A DNA stretch of 64,000 bases. Origin: a virus. Shown here one piece after another: positions 29,401 through 37,767 of the stretch. The position numbers and the translations under genes were made by a program. The notes under the pieces were generated by a model. That model saw only the letters and a program-made list of their open reading frames with translations, was not told the origin of the DNA and did not search any database. The first letter of the stretch is position 1. Each line of letters begins with the position of its first letter. The DNA is taken from positions 1 to 64,000 of IMG/VR virus record IMGVR_UViG_3300047510_001751; one strand, given 5' to 3'.

Positions 29401-30107
29401 ATAATCTCATCTGACTTTTTCTCAAGAGCAGTATCAAGATTATCTACTATTTCATCAGCAAATTCTTTGCCATCATCTACAAATTTATCTCCTGGATTGT
29501 ATACCTGTGTCTGTCCATATTCAGGTAAATATGTATCTACTAACCAATTAATATAGTTCTCTAAGTTATCACCAGATTCATTTTCTAATCCAGGATAATA
29601 TCCAGATTGTTTAATATTTTGTATCAGCTTATCGGCATCACGTTCAGGTAAATTTACAAAAGAAGAAAGCTTTCCAAACAACTCATCCTTTATACCAGTA
29701 AGCCTTGCCTTTAATTTACGCCAGATTTTTTCGCTAACTTGATTGATAGGATACCAACGTATTGGTAAACCAGAAGGAACTTTTGGTTTGGTATCTTCTA
29801 CTCTCGTATCAACAAAGTCTGCTGTTCCAGCAGAAGATATACCATAAAATTCTTTTAACTGACTAGTAATAGCACGAATAGCATCGTTCTCCTTACCAGT
29901 CATTAAATCGCTATCAATACCATCATAGTATTCTGGAAGCAATGATGGCACTAACCATTCATCACTACTAGCAATTAATTTCTTTGCCTGTTCTATTCCT
30001 TCTGAAGTATGTGGAAATACACGATAAGCAATAAGAGTTCCGACAGCAATTTCAGTATTGTCCCTGCCGTTTTTTCTAATAGGTTTTATTGCTTTTGATG
30101 GTATCAT
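26433..30107 (-). CDS. Tape-measure-like protein, paralogue of 23728-26400
   Basis: Acidic and coiled-coil regions, Gly/Ala-rich hydrophobic stretch, ILHGTEAVV, possible metallopeptidase-like C-terminal domain. Confidence 0.55.
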   Translation of the reverse strand: MIPSKAIKPIRKNGRDNTEIAVGTLIAYRVFPHTSEGIEQAKKLIASSDEWLVPSLLPEYYDGIDSDLMTGKENDAIRAITSQLKEFYGISSAGTADFVDTRVEDTKPKVPSGLPIRWYPINQVSEKIWRKLKARLTGIKDELFGKLSSFVNLPERDADKLIQNIKQSGYYPGLENESGDNLENYINWLVDTYLPEYGQTQVYNPGDKFVDDGKEFADEIVDNLDTALEKKSDEIMDAIDAIIAEDKRRIEEFKAKVTRKVNHPELFSELQHIKTRYMWGQNGLYDLEFKSDIDRAIYFAGKLGGDNKDSQDKVAVRQWLFLATGLNVRDDYEEVKEYRAKILELILQLVKLKPDETEVIVPPVYDGYYQDPDEDEEEDEEEMDDEDYDDLYGSNLDDLLNEVREDEKEDQDDEQVIENIEEEIVDAAGEDEDDEDFGSEDDIPDELLQDEVDPELLEQLLDKINKPKKESTYTSNKKIFDAIVVNFGRIQATLDTVNKNLENQNELIKASIETQLAIGELISSQTNILEDKFGLILQQFEAQANISQQQSEVLESKSSENKLEAQRDAAGISDYQDLTKGPQKKKRENKLVKYLKSRLTRKLYRKLPKSVRNARQKVRKLQRLPGKAQAKVANKITSILPTQGKRAVGALSKVRGMGNVGRMAGPARYVFAGLEYADRKQSGQSEVQALSGVGGGLAGAAAGGAVGAKAGAALGAAIGVWFGGVGAAPGAAIGAVLGGLVGSIGGGMAGGAVADKVTGAHETGTGLTKPGTAILHGTEAVVKKDAPLDMSPMSTLGGVMLAATSQYINSAGAVAAPIAPTFKGIAGQMAKEYDIPSTVTQTNVGGSLPQLDKELKKVKEKRTGSAEEEFTGKEKELLDTQNEDLFAERLLSMIDPEGKLENLLKNLNTGGPGGGGGGGGGGGMDLNLIGDGAFDTGLKTGPSGVIGGSADFHQDLSFGPNVSMEDKRKLILQMAVAYDRVGRKMELSNAGVGGRIFPVNGTKDEQNKWITDAEAAHRARNGGTGRNAIDFYTPVKSGDRFGSSVENTSMLAPVIEGAETRYFSGGGAGAGMSMVKDGVEILKLIHGRTDIALPKGGKIPSTIAKPQQPQPTPSATATPPAQAVSSTSQFSAAPNNLMASVTNLNSPTYNNFISPASQSQQNTIAQIEQLSSQEEQSTNDMMIINNQQPQMPTMPASQPPMMFNSPGKTSSELMKDLLLQRLTA

Positions 30108-30286
30108 TGATTAGCTGCTGCTCTCTTTGCTTCTTCTTCCTTAAGGTGTTGAATTAACAAGGATACATACACTTCTCTTTCCCAAGGAATTAAATTTTCT
30201 ACTTCCGTCAAAGAATATTTATGATACTGTAACAAAGCAAAATTAGTTCTGAAGTACCCTTCCAAACTATTTTGGAAGAGTGCTAT
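30104..30286 (-). CDS. gp51: gp51-like baseplate hub assembly protein; no ATG in frame, probably made as a gp26-gp51 frameshift fusion
   Basis: IALFQNSLEGYFRTNFALLQYHKYSLTEVENLIPWEREVYVSLLIQHL...; TGA overlaps next ATG; missing from ORF track. Confidence 0.8.
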   Translation of the reverse strand: MALFQNSLEGYFRTNFALLQYHKYSLTEVENLIPWEREVYVSLLIQHLKEEEAKRAAANQ

Positions 30287-30295
30287 ACGAAAAAA
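30256..30295 (-). promoter_or_regulatory. Candidate -1 ribosomal frameshift signal (T TTT TTC + 7 nt + 11-bp hairpin)
   Basis: Heptamer 30295-30289; ACTCTTCCAAA-ATAG-TTTGGAAGGGT hairpin 30281-30256. Confidence 0.7.
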
Positions 30296-30996
30296 TTCTG
30301 TAACCCTTCTATAGTATATTCAGATTCTACTCCAGTATTAGGATTGATTACTTTAAACTTATGAATAAGACGAGGCATTGATTCATAGAAAGTTTGAATT
30401 GCTTCAAATTGTTTTGCTGTAAGACTTTCCACAAATTCTTTCATTTCTTTTTTAGAAGTTGTAGAAGAGTCCCATACTTCTTCCGTGTTAAAAATTTGAT
30501 CAATTGAATCAGCAATAAAATCAAATATTTCTTCTGTTTTAATATTTTTATTAAGAAATTCTGATTCAATAAATCTATCCATACCAGGATATTTCATGAC
30601 AATACCAGTAGTATCATCAAGCATAATTTTACTTGTATGACCTTCTGGTTTAAAAACATTTACATCATTGATATTAATAGACACTTCCATCTGTGTTGTG
30701 TTGTCATCTTGACAAGTAACATTCATAATAATCTCTTCACTTACCGAGGCAGCTCTAATTTTTAAAAAGATATACTCAAGATCAAAGCTTGGGAGATCAT
30801 CTACCTTAATTCTTGATTGAACACAATTTTTAATCAGATCTTTGACAGCATTTTTGATGTCCTTTTCTTCTTCCGATTCCAAAGCTAACAGTAAAACCTT
30901 TTCTTCTTTCACTACAAAAGGTCTATACTTAATTGTCTTACCAGTAGAAGGTAGTTCTAGTTCGTATGTAGGAATTCCAATCTTTGGTAATGCCAT
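30283..30996 (-). CDS. gp26: Baseplate hub subunit gp26
   Basis: MALPKIGIPTYELELPSTG...YRPFVVKEEK...FDLEYIFLKIRAASVSE...GLQNFF. Confidence 0.9.
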   Translation of the reverse strand: MALPKIGIPTYELELPSTGKTIKYRPFVVKEEKVLLLALESEEEKDIKNAVKDLIKNCVQSRIKVDDLPSFDLEYIFLKIRAASVSEEIIMNVTCQDDNTTQMEVSININDVNVFKPEGHTSKIMLDDTTGIVMKYPGMDRFIESEFLNKNIKTEEIFDFIADSIDQIFNTEEVWDSSTTSKKEMKEFVESLTAKQFEAIQTFYESMPRLIHKFKVINPNTGVESEYTIEGLQNFFV

Positions 30997-31025
30997 AAAA
31001 CTTTATTTCAATTCGGTATCATTAT

Positions 31026-31733
31026 TTATCCGTTGTATTTACGGATATCTACATTCCAATATGTGTGACGAGTATAATAAAAATTAGCACTCACCTTTGT
31101 AATTTGAGATGATCCATATGATAATGGAACAGCATCAATAGAATAAGGATATACATTTTCTAATACACATACTAAAGATACTCTTCCGTTGGGAGCGTTC
31201 TGACCTCTTTCTGCTTTAGATATTCTCAATGTAGCTTGATATTCTTCTGGGTATTGTAATCTATTAATTCGATTGTCTGCTCTTTTTATAGCAAAACTTT
31301 TAACATCCTTCAATAAAGATGATGTTGCTTTTTCTTCAAACATAGTATCACCAAATATAAATCCATGCCAAGCATTTAGAAATTTAAATGGAATCATATT
31401 GGCATCACACATCCACGATAAAGAAAAGTCACTAACCATTCTTGTGTGAGCATAATTGATAGTTCCTTCACCTAAATATCTGCCATTGATTTGACCAGTA
31501 GCAGCAGAAATATTTGGAAGTTGTGCCTCATCACAAAACATATTAATTAAGGCACCTGGCTGTCCAGTAGTGGTATTTTCTGGAAGTTTTATTCCTAGTC
31601 TACCAATAGTATTAACTAGGCTGCTCAGCTTACCATTGGTAAAATCAAATTCAACATCATAACCATTGGACATCGCCATACCGCCATTGGCGGCAATAGC
31701 AGCTACGAAGTTGTCTATTGATTTGGTTGCCAC
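31026..31733 (-). CDS. Tail tube-like/baseplate tail tube initiator (gp54/gp19 family)
   Basis: FCDEAQLP...YAHTR...L-x-NVYP...L-x-YG...F-x-Y pattern; GTG start. Confidence 0.55.
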   Translation of the reverse strand: MATKSIDNFVAAIAANGGMAMSNGYDVEFDFTNGKLSSLVNTIGRLGIKLPENTTTGQPGALINMFCDEAQLPNISAATGQINGRYLGEGTINYAHTRMVSDFSLSWMCDANMIPFKFLNAWHGFIFGDTMFEEKATSSLLKDVKSFAIKRADNRINRLQYPEEYQATLRISKAERGQNAPNGRVSLVCVLENVYPYSIDAVPLSYGSSQITKVSANFYYTRHTYWNVDIRKYNG

Positions 31734-31734
31734 T

Positions 31735-31761
31735 CTAAATACAGTCGGAGGTTTATTTATA
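31735..31761. promoter_or_regulatory. Divergent late promoters
   Basis: CTAAATA (+, 31735-31741) and TATAAATA (-, 31754-31761) in the gap between divergent late genes. Confidence 0.6.
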
Positions 31762-31764
31762 TTT

Positions 31765-32202
31765 ATGGCGTACTCTGGTATCTACAAACCTATCAACCCA
31801 AAAAAGTACAGGGGCAATCCCACTAGAATTATCTATCGTTCTATGTGGGAGAGAAAGTTTATGGTATTTTGTGATAACAACGATAGCATTGTAGAGTGGG
31901 GTAGTGAAGAAGTTATCATCCCATACCGTTGTCCTACCGATGGCAGAGTACATAGATACTATCCTGATTTTTATGTAAAGATTAAAACTAAACAAGGAGT
32001 TATCAACAAGTATCTGATTGAAGTTAAGCCAAAGAAGCAAGTCTTAGGTCCACCAGAAAAACCAAAAAAGAAAACAGCTGCTTGGAAAAGAGAGGTTCTT
32101 ACATACATGAAGAACCGTGCCAAGTGGTCTGCTGCTGAAGACTTTTGTGAAGATAGGCAGATGAAATTTTTAATCCTCACCGAAGATCATCTAGGAGTAT
32201 AA
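31765..32202 (+). CDS. gp4: Head completion protein gp4 (TnsA-like nuclease fold)
   Basis: MAYSGIYKP-x-NPKKYRG...YRSMWE...WGSEE...HRYYPDF...IEVKP. Confidence 0.92.
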   Translation: MAYSGIYKPINPKKYRGNPTRIIYRSMWERKFMVFCDNNDSIVEWGSEEVIIPYRCPTDGRVHRYYPDFYVKIKTKQGVINKYLIEVKPKKQVLGPPEKPKKKTAAWKREVLTYMKNRAKWSAAEDFCEDRQMKFLILTEDHLGV

Positions 32203-32203
32203 C

Positions 32204-33067
32204 ATGGCAGCCAAGAATAATTTAAAACCAAAACCATACGCCAAAAATAATATTGATCGATGGATATATCTTACTGGTCATGAATTAAATTCATTAGATG
32301 ATTATACTAGAGATCAAATTCGTGCCCTCGCTTCTAAGTATGGAGTAAAACGTTACTCTTCATACAAAGATATGACAGAGTTAGCAAAGATTGTAAGTGA
32401 AACTGAAGGATTTAAACAAGCAGGAAAGAAAGAAGGTTATAAAACTATCTACGAAAAGATCAAAGAAAAATCACAGGGAGAATCACAAAGTTTAATATGG
32501 TATAGATCTAATCTTAAAACATTAAGTGCTAATATTCAAGCAGAACCTTCTCGAATGAATGAGCAAGAAAAGTTTGATTCAATTAGTGCTTTAGTCAATC
32601 AAGATCAAAATGTAAATCGTCGTAGAGTATTTCCTGGACACTTGTGCTTTTTTGAATACAAAGCTGAGACAGAATCCCTTCCGTATTACGACAAATATCC
32701 TCTTGTATACATTCTTAAAGTTGAAGGTTCGGCATTTTATGGTGCTAGCTTACATTACTTAATACCAAAGAAAAGATTAATTGTTGTCAATAAATTACAA
32801 GATGGTAAAATAGATATCCCCCGTGTAATTATTCATAAATATCTTTATAAAAGGTGTAAAAGTTTATTCTTGGATTTAGCCAAACAAGAATGGGTTACTG
32901 CTTCTGCTCTTCCTGTAGAAGATTTTGTGTTAATGAAAGGTGGTGGCAAGATTGAATATCCTAAAGAATATGTTTGGGAAGAAATTGATCAGCACTGGAA
33001 TGATAGAATCAAAGGCACAAGGATCATTAAAGGTACTAACAGGAACGACATAGAGAGGGTCAAATAA
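32204..33067 (+). CDS. gp2: DNA end protector gp2 with N-terminal extension
   Basis: FFEYKA...LPYYDKYPLV...GASLHYL...IHKYL. Confidence 0.8.
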   Translation: MAAKNNLKPKPYAKNNIDRWIYLTGHELNSLDDYTRDQIRALASKYGVKRYSSYKDMTELAKIVSETEGFKQAGKKEGYKTIYEKIKEKSQGESQSLIWYRSNLKTLSANIQAEPSRMNEQEKFDSISALVNQDQNVNRRRVFPGHLCFFEYKAETESLPYYDKYPLVYILKVEGSAFYGASLHYLIPKKRLIVVNKLQDGKIDIPRVIIHKYLYKRCKSLFLDLAKQEWVTASALPVEDFVLMKGGGKIEYPKEYVWEEIDQHWNDRIKGTRIIKGTNRNDIERVK

Positions 33068-34177
33068 ATGAGCACAGCGTCTAGACAAAAAGCTAACATA
33101 GAAAATGCTAAAAAAAAGCAAGCAGCTGCTCCAGCAACTAACAGTGATGTAAAGCCAGGATCTACTACTACTGGGCGAGCTGGTGCGGCAGAAAAAACTC
33201 AAGAAGAAGATGCCCCGATCAATTTAGTTATATACACCCCCAAAGCCACAGCAGGAAGCACGACAACAGGAGTTCTTAGATACCCAGCAGATCCAGAAAT
33301 TACCGAAGACAGCGACTATGTAGTATTCAGCTTTTTTAAATATGCTCCTCCATTTGGTGGTGGCGAAAATACACCAAACTCGGCAGCAGCAAATTCGACA
33401 ACCAATACCCAACAAGCGAAATGGGGATACACAAATTACCAAAATTCAAACGATAGATCATATAACAACGAATCATACGCTCCAATAATTCTTTACATGC
33501 CAGAAGATATTCAATCTCAATTTGGAGCTGGTTGGAATGGAGCTGGATTTGGAGCTACAGCTGCTGGCATGATGGGGCTAGCTGGTATGGTAAACAATCA
33601 AAGAGATTTCACAGCAATGCTTCAAGGTCTTGGTGGAGCATTTCCTGGGGCAGTAAAAGCAGCTACATTTAATGCCTTGACTCAGGGAATAAATGCTGTA
33701 GCTGGAGCAAATATTTCATTGAATCAAGCACTAGGAACAATATCTGGTACAATTCTAAACCCTAATGTAGAGTTAGCATACGAAGCCCCAAAGCTAAGAA
33801 CATTTAATTTAAGATTTAAATTAGTTCCTCGAAGTAAAAAAGAGGCAGAACAAATAAAAAAAATATGTAATAGATTTAAAAAAGCTATGCTGCCCAGTTT
33901 TGGTGGACAAGCTATTTTTGGACAAGCAGAAGCATCTAACATGCTAACAATACCAGATCTATGCCAAGTTTCTTTTATGAAAGGTGGTAGCTTACATGAG
34001 TATCTACCCAAATATAAATTATGTGGTATTACTGATGTAAATATTAACTATACTGCTGCTGGAGCTTATGCTACGTTACCAGATGGATCTCCTGTAGCAA
34101 CTGAACTTTCATTATCATTCCTAGAATCTAAACTTGTATTCTCGGACGAAGTAAACGAAGACGGATCAGGTATCTAA
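33068..34177 (+). CDS. gp48: Baseplate tail tube cap gp48
   Basis: LRYP...I-x-LYMPEDI...ILNPNVELAYEAPKLRTF-x-L-x-FKL-x-PRS...L-x-F-x-E. Confidence 0.88.
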   Translation: MSTASRQKANIENAKKKQAAAPATNSDVKPGSTTTGRAGAAEKTQEEDAPINLVIYTPKATAGSTTTGVLRYPADPEITEDSDYVVFSFFKYAPPFGGGENTPNSAAANSTTNTQQAKWGYTNYQNSNDRSYNNESYAPIILYMPEDIQSQFGAGWNGAGFGATAAGMMGLAGMVNNQRDFTAMLQGLGGAFPGAVKAATFNALTQGINAVAGANISLNQALGTISGTILNPNVELAYEAPKLRTFNLRFKLVPRSKKEAEQIKKICNRFKKAMLPSFGGQAIFGQAEASNMLTIPDLCQVSFMKGGSLHEYLPKYKLCGITDVNINYTAAGAYATLPDGSPVATELSLSFLESKLVFSDEVNEDGSGI

Positions 34178-34178
34178 A

Positions 34179-35513
34179 ATGTATTTTTCATTCATACCAA
34201 ACATAGAGTACGACAAAAAACCAATTCAGTATCCATTTTCTGAATCAGATTTTGTTGTAGCTAAAAATTTCTTTAGAAGATATCAAGTAAATCCAGATGT
34301 CTTTTCATACTCAGTTTACTTTAAAAAATATGCTATCCAAGATGGTGATAGATTAGATACTATTGCCGAAGCAGCATACGGTAATTCTTTTTATGATTGG
34401 GTAATTGCTTTAACTAACAATATGATAAATCCTTTGTTTGATTTACCATTATCAAGTGATGATCTAAGAAAATACTTAGAATCAAAATACGACGATCCAT
34501 ATTCAACAATCAAACATTATGAAGTAATTAGTAACCAAGAGCAAATTGAAGCTTTTGGAAAAGTTATTATTCAAGGTGGCACTATAGTTGACGAAACTTT
34601 TTATAATAGTTCTGAGAGATATATTGTTGGCACGTTACCACAGGTAGATCCAACCGTAGAAACTATTCCCATTAATAAAGTAATTGATACTAGAATAACT
34701 ACAAACATTCAAGAATTTAATGGCACTTATATCGCCCCAAACGGAACTGGAGTAGGAAGTAATGGTGGATTTGCTGTAGGTCCACATTTAAAATTTGGAA
34801 ATATTAAAGGTGGAGTAAGATGGGCTACATTAAAAGCTATTGATGCTACAAATTTCGAAAGTGTAGAAGGATTAGTTATACGAGGGAATGATACCAACGG
34901 AGGAGAAGTTCCTGATATCGCTGGGGAAGAAGAATTGAGGTTACAGTATCAGGTTGGTGGAACAGATCCCGACGAATGGATTACTATTGGAGTTATTGTT
35001 CCGACAACATCCGAAGGCAGCAATGCTGGAGACGAATTTAATTTGTACTCAATTAACTTACCAGAGGGAGCTAAACAAAACAATACATTTTTCAGATTAT
35101 ATCAAATTAGTAGTAGTGGTCCTAGCAATGATCATTACGGTATTCGTAGTATAGAATTTAAAGGATCATATGAAAAAATAACACCTCTTGATTACGAGGT
35201 AATTCCGTTAGATCAAAACTCTTATATAATTGATGGAGTATATTGGAAATACGATGGTCAAAATTGGACCAGAAAAATTTCAACAGGTGTCAAATATAAT
35301 ATCAATAATATTATAACAGAAATTCCTGGGCAACAATTATGCCAACCTGTATATATTTTTGAATACGAAGAACAACAAAATGAAAAGAAAAGAGAAATTT
35401 ATTTATTGAAACCATCTTACTTAGATGCTTTCTTAACTGACTTTAGAAAGACAAATTTATATGGTAAGTCAAGTGACTTTATTAACAATAGATTAAAACG
35501 AACTGGCATATAA
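34179..35513 (+). CDS. gp53: Baseplate wedge subunit gp53 with large internal insertion
   Basis: MYFSFIPNIEY...KNFFRR...DRLDTIA...YG...DWVI...IKHYE; C-terminal YEEQQNEKKREIYLLKP. Confidence 0.88.
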   Translation: MYFSFIPNIEYDKKPIQYPFSESDFVVAKNFFRRYQVNPDVFSYSVYFKKYAIQDGDRLDTIAEAAYGNSFYDWVIALTNNMINPLFDLPLSSDDLRKYLESKYDDPYSTIKHYEVISNQEQIEAFGKVIIQGGTIVDETFYNSSERYIVGTLPQVDPTVETIPINKVIDTRITTNIQEFNGTYIAPNGTGVGSNGGFAVGPHLKFGNIKGGVRWATLKAIDATNFESVEGLVIRGNDTNGGEVPDIAGEEELRLQYQVGGTDPDEWITIGVIVPTTSEGSNAGDEFNLYSINLPEGAKQNNTFFRLYQISSSGPSNDHYGIRSIEFKGSYEKITPLDYEVIPLDQNSYIIDGVYWKYDGQNWTRKISTGVKYNINNIITEIPGQQLCQPVYIFEYEEQQNEKKREIYLLKPSYLDAFLTDFRKTNLYGKSSDFINNRLKRTGI

Positions 35514-35535
35514 AAAAGGGGGCTTACGCCCCCTT
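35512..35535. terminator. Terminator between convergent gp53 and gp32
   Basis: AAAAAA-GGGGGC-TTAC-GCCCCC-TT hairpin. Confidence 0.8.
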
Positions 35536-35542
35536 AATTGTA

Positions 35543-36427
35543 TCAATCTTCTTCAGCCAAACGAGCGAAGTAACTCAGAGCATCATCATCTTCATCAGAT
35601 TTAAACGACGGAGTAGAAACAGGTTCACGCTCACGAGTCACGGTAGCGACAGGAGCAGGATCTTCATCTTCCTCATACTGAGCCTGACGAACTTCGGGAG
35701 CAGTATTCAGAACAGCACTCATACGAGTTTCGAGTTCTTCATAAGTCTTAAATTCACCAGCATTAGTGAAAGCTTCGAGAGAATACTCTTGCTTCCAAAT
35801 AGCTTCTAGCTCGTCATCATCGTTGCTAAGAACAGCAGGAGCAGCAAACTCAGAAGCATCATAGTTCCAGTAACCACCAATGGTACGGATCTTGATTTTG
35901 AAGTTAGCTCCTTCCCAAAGATCAAAGACATTTACAGGAGTCTCATCTTGAAACTCAGGTTGCATGGCAGCAAGAATCTTATCATGAATCTTCTTACCAT
36001 ACTTGAACAAGAACACCTTACCATTATTGTCTGGGTTCTTAGGATCGTTTACAACATAGATGTTGCTGTAGTAAGAAAGCTTACGCTTACGCTGACGAGC
36101 TACATCTTTATCAGATTCATGACCACTGTTCCACAGCTTAGTGTTGGTGGCACAGATGGGGCACTTATCACCATTGGTGGTGGGGCAGTTATCAATCAGC
36201 CAACCACCAGGACCTTTGAAGGCATGGTTGTAAACTTTAGCCCAAGGCACGCTCTCTCCTTCGGGAGCGGGCAGGAAACGGACAACGGCATAGCCGTTAC
36301 CCGAAGCGTCAAGTTCGGGCTTCCAGAGCCTATCGTCGGCACCATTGTTGGTGCTGGACTTTTCAAGCTCCTTCTGGAGAAACTCGAAACTGCTCTGGGA
36401 CTTACGCTTAAGATCAGCAAAAGACAT
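35543..36427 (-). CDS. gp32: Single-stranded DNA-binding protein gp32
   Basis: GNGYAVVRFLPAP...HAFKGPGGW-x-IDNCPTT...CP-x-C...acidic tail DDALSYFARLAEED. Confidence 0.97.
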   Translation of the reverse strand: MSFADLKRKSQSSFEFLQKELEKSSTNNGADDRLWKPELDASGNGYAVVRFLPAPEGESVPWAKVYNHAFKGPGGWLIDNCPTTNGDKCPICATNTKLWNSGHESDKDVARQRKRKLSYYSNIYVVNDPKNPDNNGKVFLFKYGKKIHDKILAAMQPEFQDETPVNVFDLWEGANFKIKIRTIGGYWNYDASEFAAPAVLSNDDDELEAIWKQEYSLEAFTNAGEFKTYEELETRMSAVLNTAPEVRQAQYEEDEDPAPVATVTREREPVSTPSFKSDEDDDALSYFARLAEED

Positions 36428-36482
36428 ACGGATTTCCTTGGATAATTTGGATTTGGCTTGTGTGACGCTGAATCACCTAGAC

Positions 36483-36511
36483 ATCATAGCACAGGCTCAA
36501 GGGAGCGTCAA
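36483..36511 (-). promoter_or_regulatory. Early promoter for gp32
   Basis: TTGACG-N17-TATGAT. Confidence 0.75.
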
Positions 36512-36849
36512 TCCCCTTGAGCCTCTAGTTGGTCTTTCATGACACGGACTTTCTCAAGTAAGTCATCAAACATAGCCCCCATGGTCTTGCCAGGAGTAGC
36601 TCCAAGCATAACAGCAGCTTGCTTCATGCTTTCAGCCATCTCCATGGCTTCGGGATCATCGCTTAAACAAATTCTAGCATGAAAGATTTTTTGTTTTTCG
36701 ATCAGTTGTTCCATCACTTCAAAATATTGAAGTTTCTTTTCCTTGTTTAAAACAGCAAAAGCAACCATAGATCTCATACAGAACTGTTGAAGTTCTGCCA
36801 TTTCTTGAAGATCACCCCGAACCATTTCGGATTTAAAAAAGTTTCCCAT
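36508..36849 (-). CDS. DUF1825-like hypothetical protein
   Basis: FFKSEMVRG...LIEKQKIFHARICLSDDPEA. Confidence 0.7.
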   Translation of the reverse strand: MGNFFKSEMVRGDLQEMAELQQFCMRSMVAFAVLNKEKKLQYFEVMEQLIEKQKIFHARICLSDDPEAMEMAESMKQAAVMLGATPGKTMGAMFDDLLEKVRVMKDQLEAQGD

Positions 36850-36851
36850 AG

Positions 36852-37097
36852 TTATACAAGCATGAGTTTTGCTCGTGAAGTTTTCTTCATGAAGTTAAGC
36901 TTCTGAGCATCGTATTTAAGTTTTTCTTTTAGTGGCTTTGACATCAGTTTAGAAACTGATTCAATTTCAATCTCATTATGTTCACAGTAGTGAATGATAG
37001 CATCAATATAATTCATTGAATTGTCGTGAGCTATTTTTTCAACCTCCTGAGCAAACTTAGTAGGCGTCATAAAATTATTCTCTAATATTTCTTTCAT
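36852..37097 (-). CDS. gp33: Late-promoter transcription coactivator gp33
   Basis: F-x3-VE...NYIDAIIHYCE-x-NEIE-x-E-x-V-x-KL-x-SKPLKEKL...LNFMK. Confidence 0.9.
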   Translation of the reverse strand: MKEILENNFMTPTKFAQEVEKIAHDNSMNYIDAIIHYCEHNEIEIESVSKLMSKPLKEKLKYDAQKLNFMKKTSRAKLMLV

Positions 37098-37767
37098 ACC
37101 TCTGTTCGTATTCTTGAATGTATTGTTGTAATTTAATAAAATATTCTTTTTTGGGAGGCTGAATACTCACTTGTGTTTCGCCGTTTTCACAAGCAACAAT
37201 AGTAACTAACTGCTCTACCTTCAGATTATAAAGTTCCTGTAGCATACAAGCATATGCCACTTCTTGAACGTAATAATCGTAGAGATACTCTTCTTTCTTT
37301 TCTTCGGCTGAAGTTTTAAAGTCGATGATAGAAAGTTTACCGTTGTACTCAGCAATACAATCTACACGACCAGCAATTCCAAGAGTGTCAGAATAAAGGC
37401 CAGCCTCTTGTAAGTATATGTTATTTATATTATCAAGAATTTTACGTGAGGAATTGAACATAATCCAAACCAAAGGATATTCCTTATAAAGATCTACATT
37501 ATGTTCGTTGTTCAGGTAATTCTCTACCAGTTTATGATAACGATTACCACGAGTAGTGGAGCGAGAAGAGATTCGGTTTGCTTTATCCTCACCAACTCTC
37601 GCCCGCCACTTAGCAATGATTTCCTTTTTCTTTGGGTTGTTGCTAATCACAGTGGTAACTGATTTGTGCTTTTGTCCAGTGGGAGTATTGTAATACCTCC
37701 GACCTTCAATCATAACGGTGTTCATTTCAATAGGCTCAATCAGCCCAACATGATTAAAAACTTTCAT
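37075..37767 (-). CDS. PD-(D/E)XK (Cas4-like) exonuclease
   Basis: RY-x2-P...SVTTV...RG-x2-H...E-x2-LYS...AGRVDCIAEY...IIDFKTS...Q-x2-AY. Confidence 0.85.
   Translation of the reverse strand: MKVFNHVGLIEPIEMNTVMIEGRRYYNTPTGQKHKSVTTVISNNPKKKEIIAKWRARVGEDKANRISSRSTTRGNRYHKLVENYLNNEHNVDLYKEYPLVWIMFNSSRKILDNINNIYLQEAGLYSDTLGIAGRVDCIAEYNGKLSIIDFKTSAEEKKEEYLYDYYVQEVAYACMLQELYNLKVEQLVTIVACENGETQVSIQPPKKEYFIKLQQYIQEYEQRYERNIRE

Noticed and set aside
35948-36445. 165-aa plus-strand ORF
   Set aside because: Antisense to gp32; stop-free frame follows from biased codon usage.
37075-37767. Cas4-like gene as part of a CRISPR system
   Set aside because: No repeat-spacer array or other cas genes in the window; it sits in the usual phoH-gp33 context.
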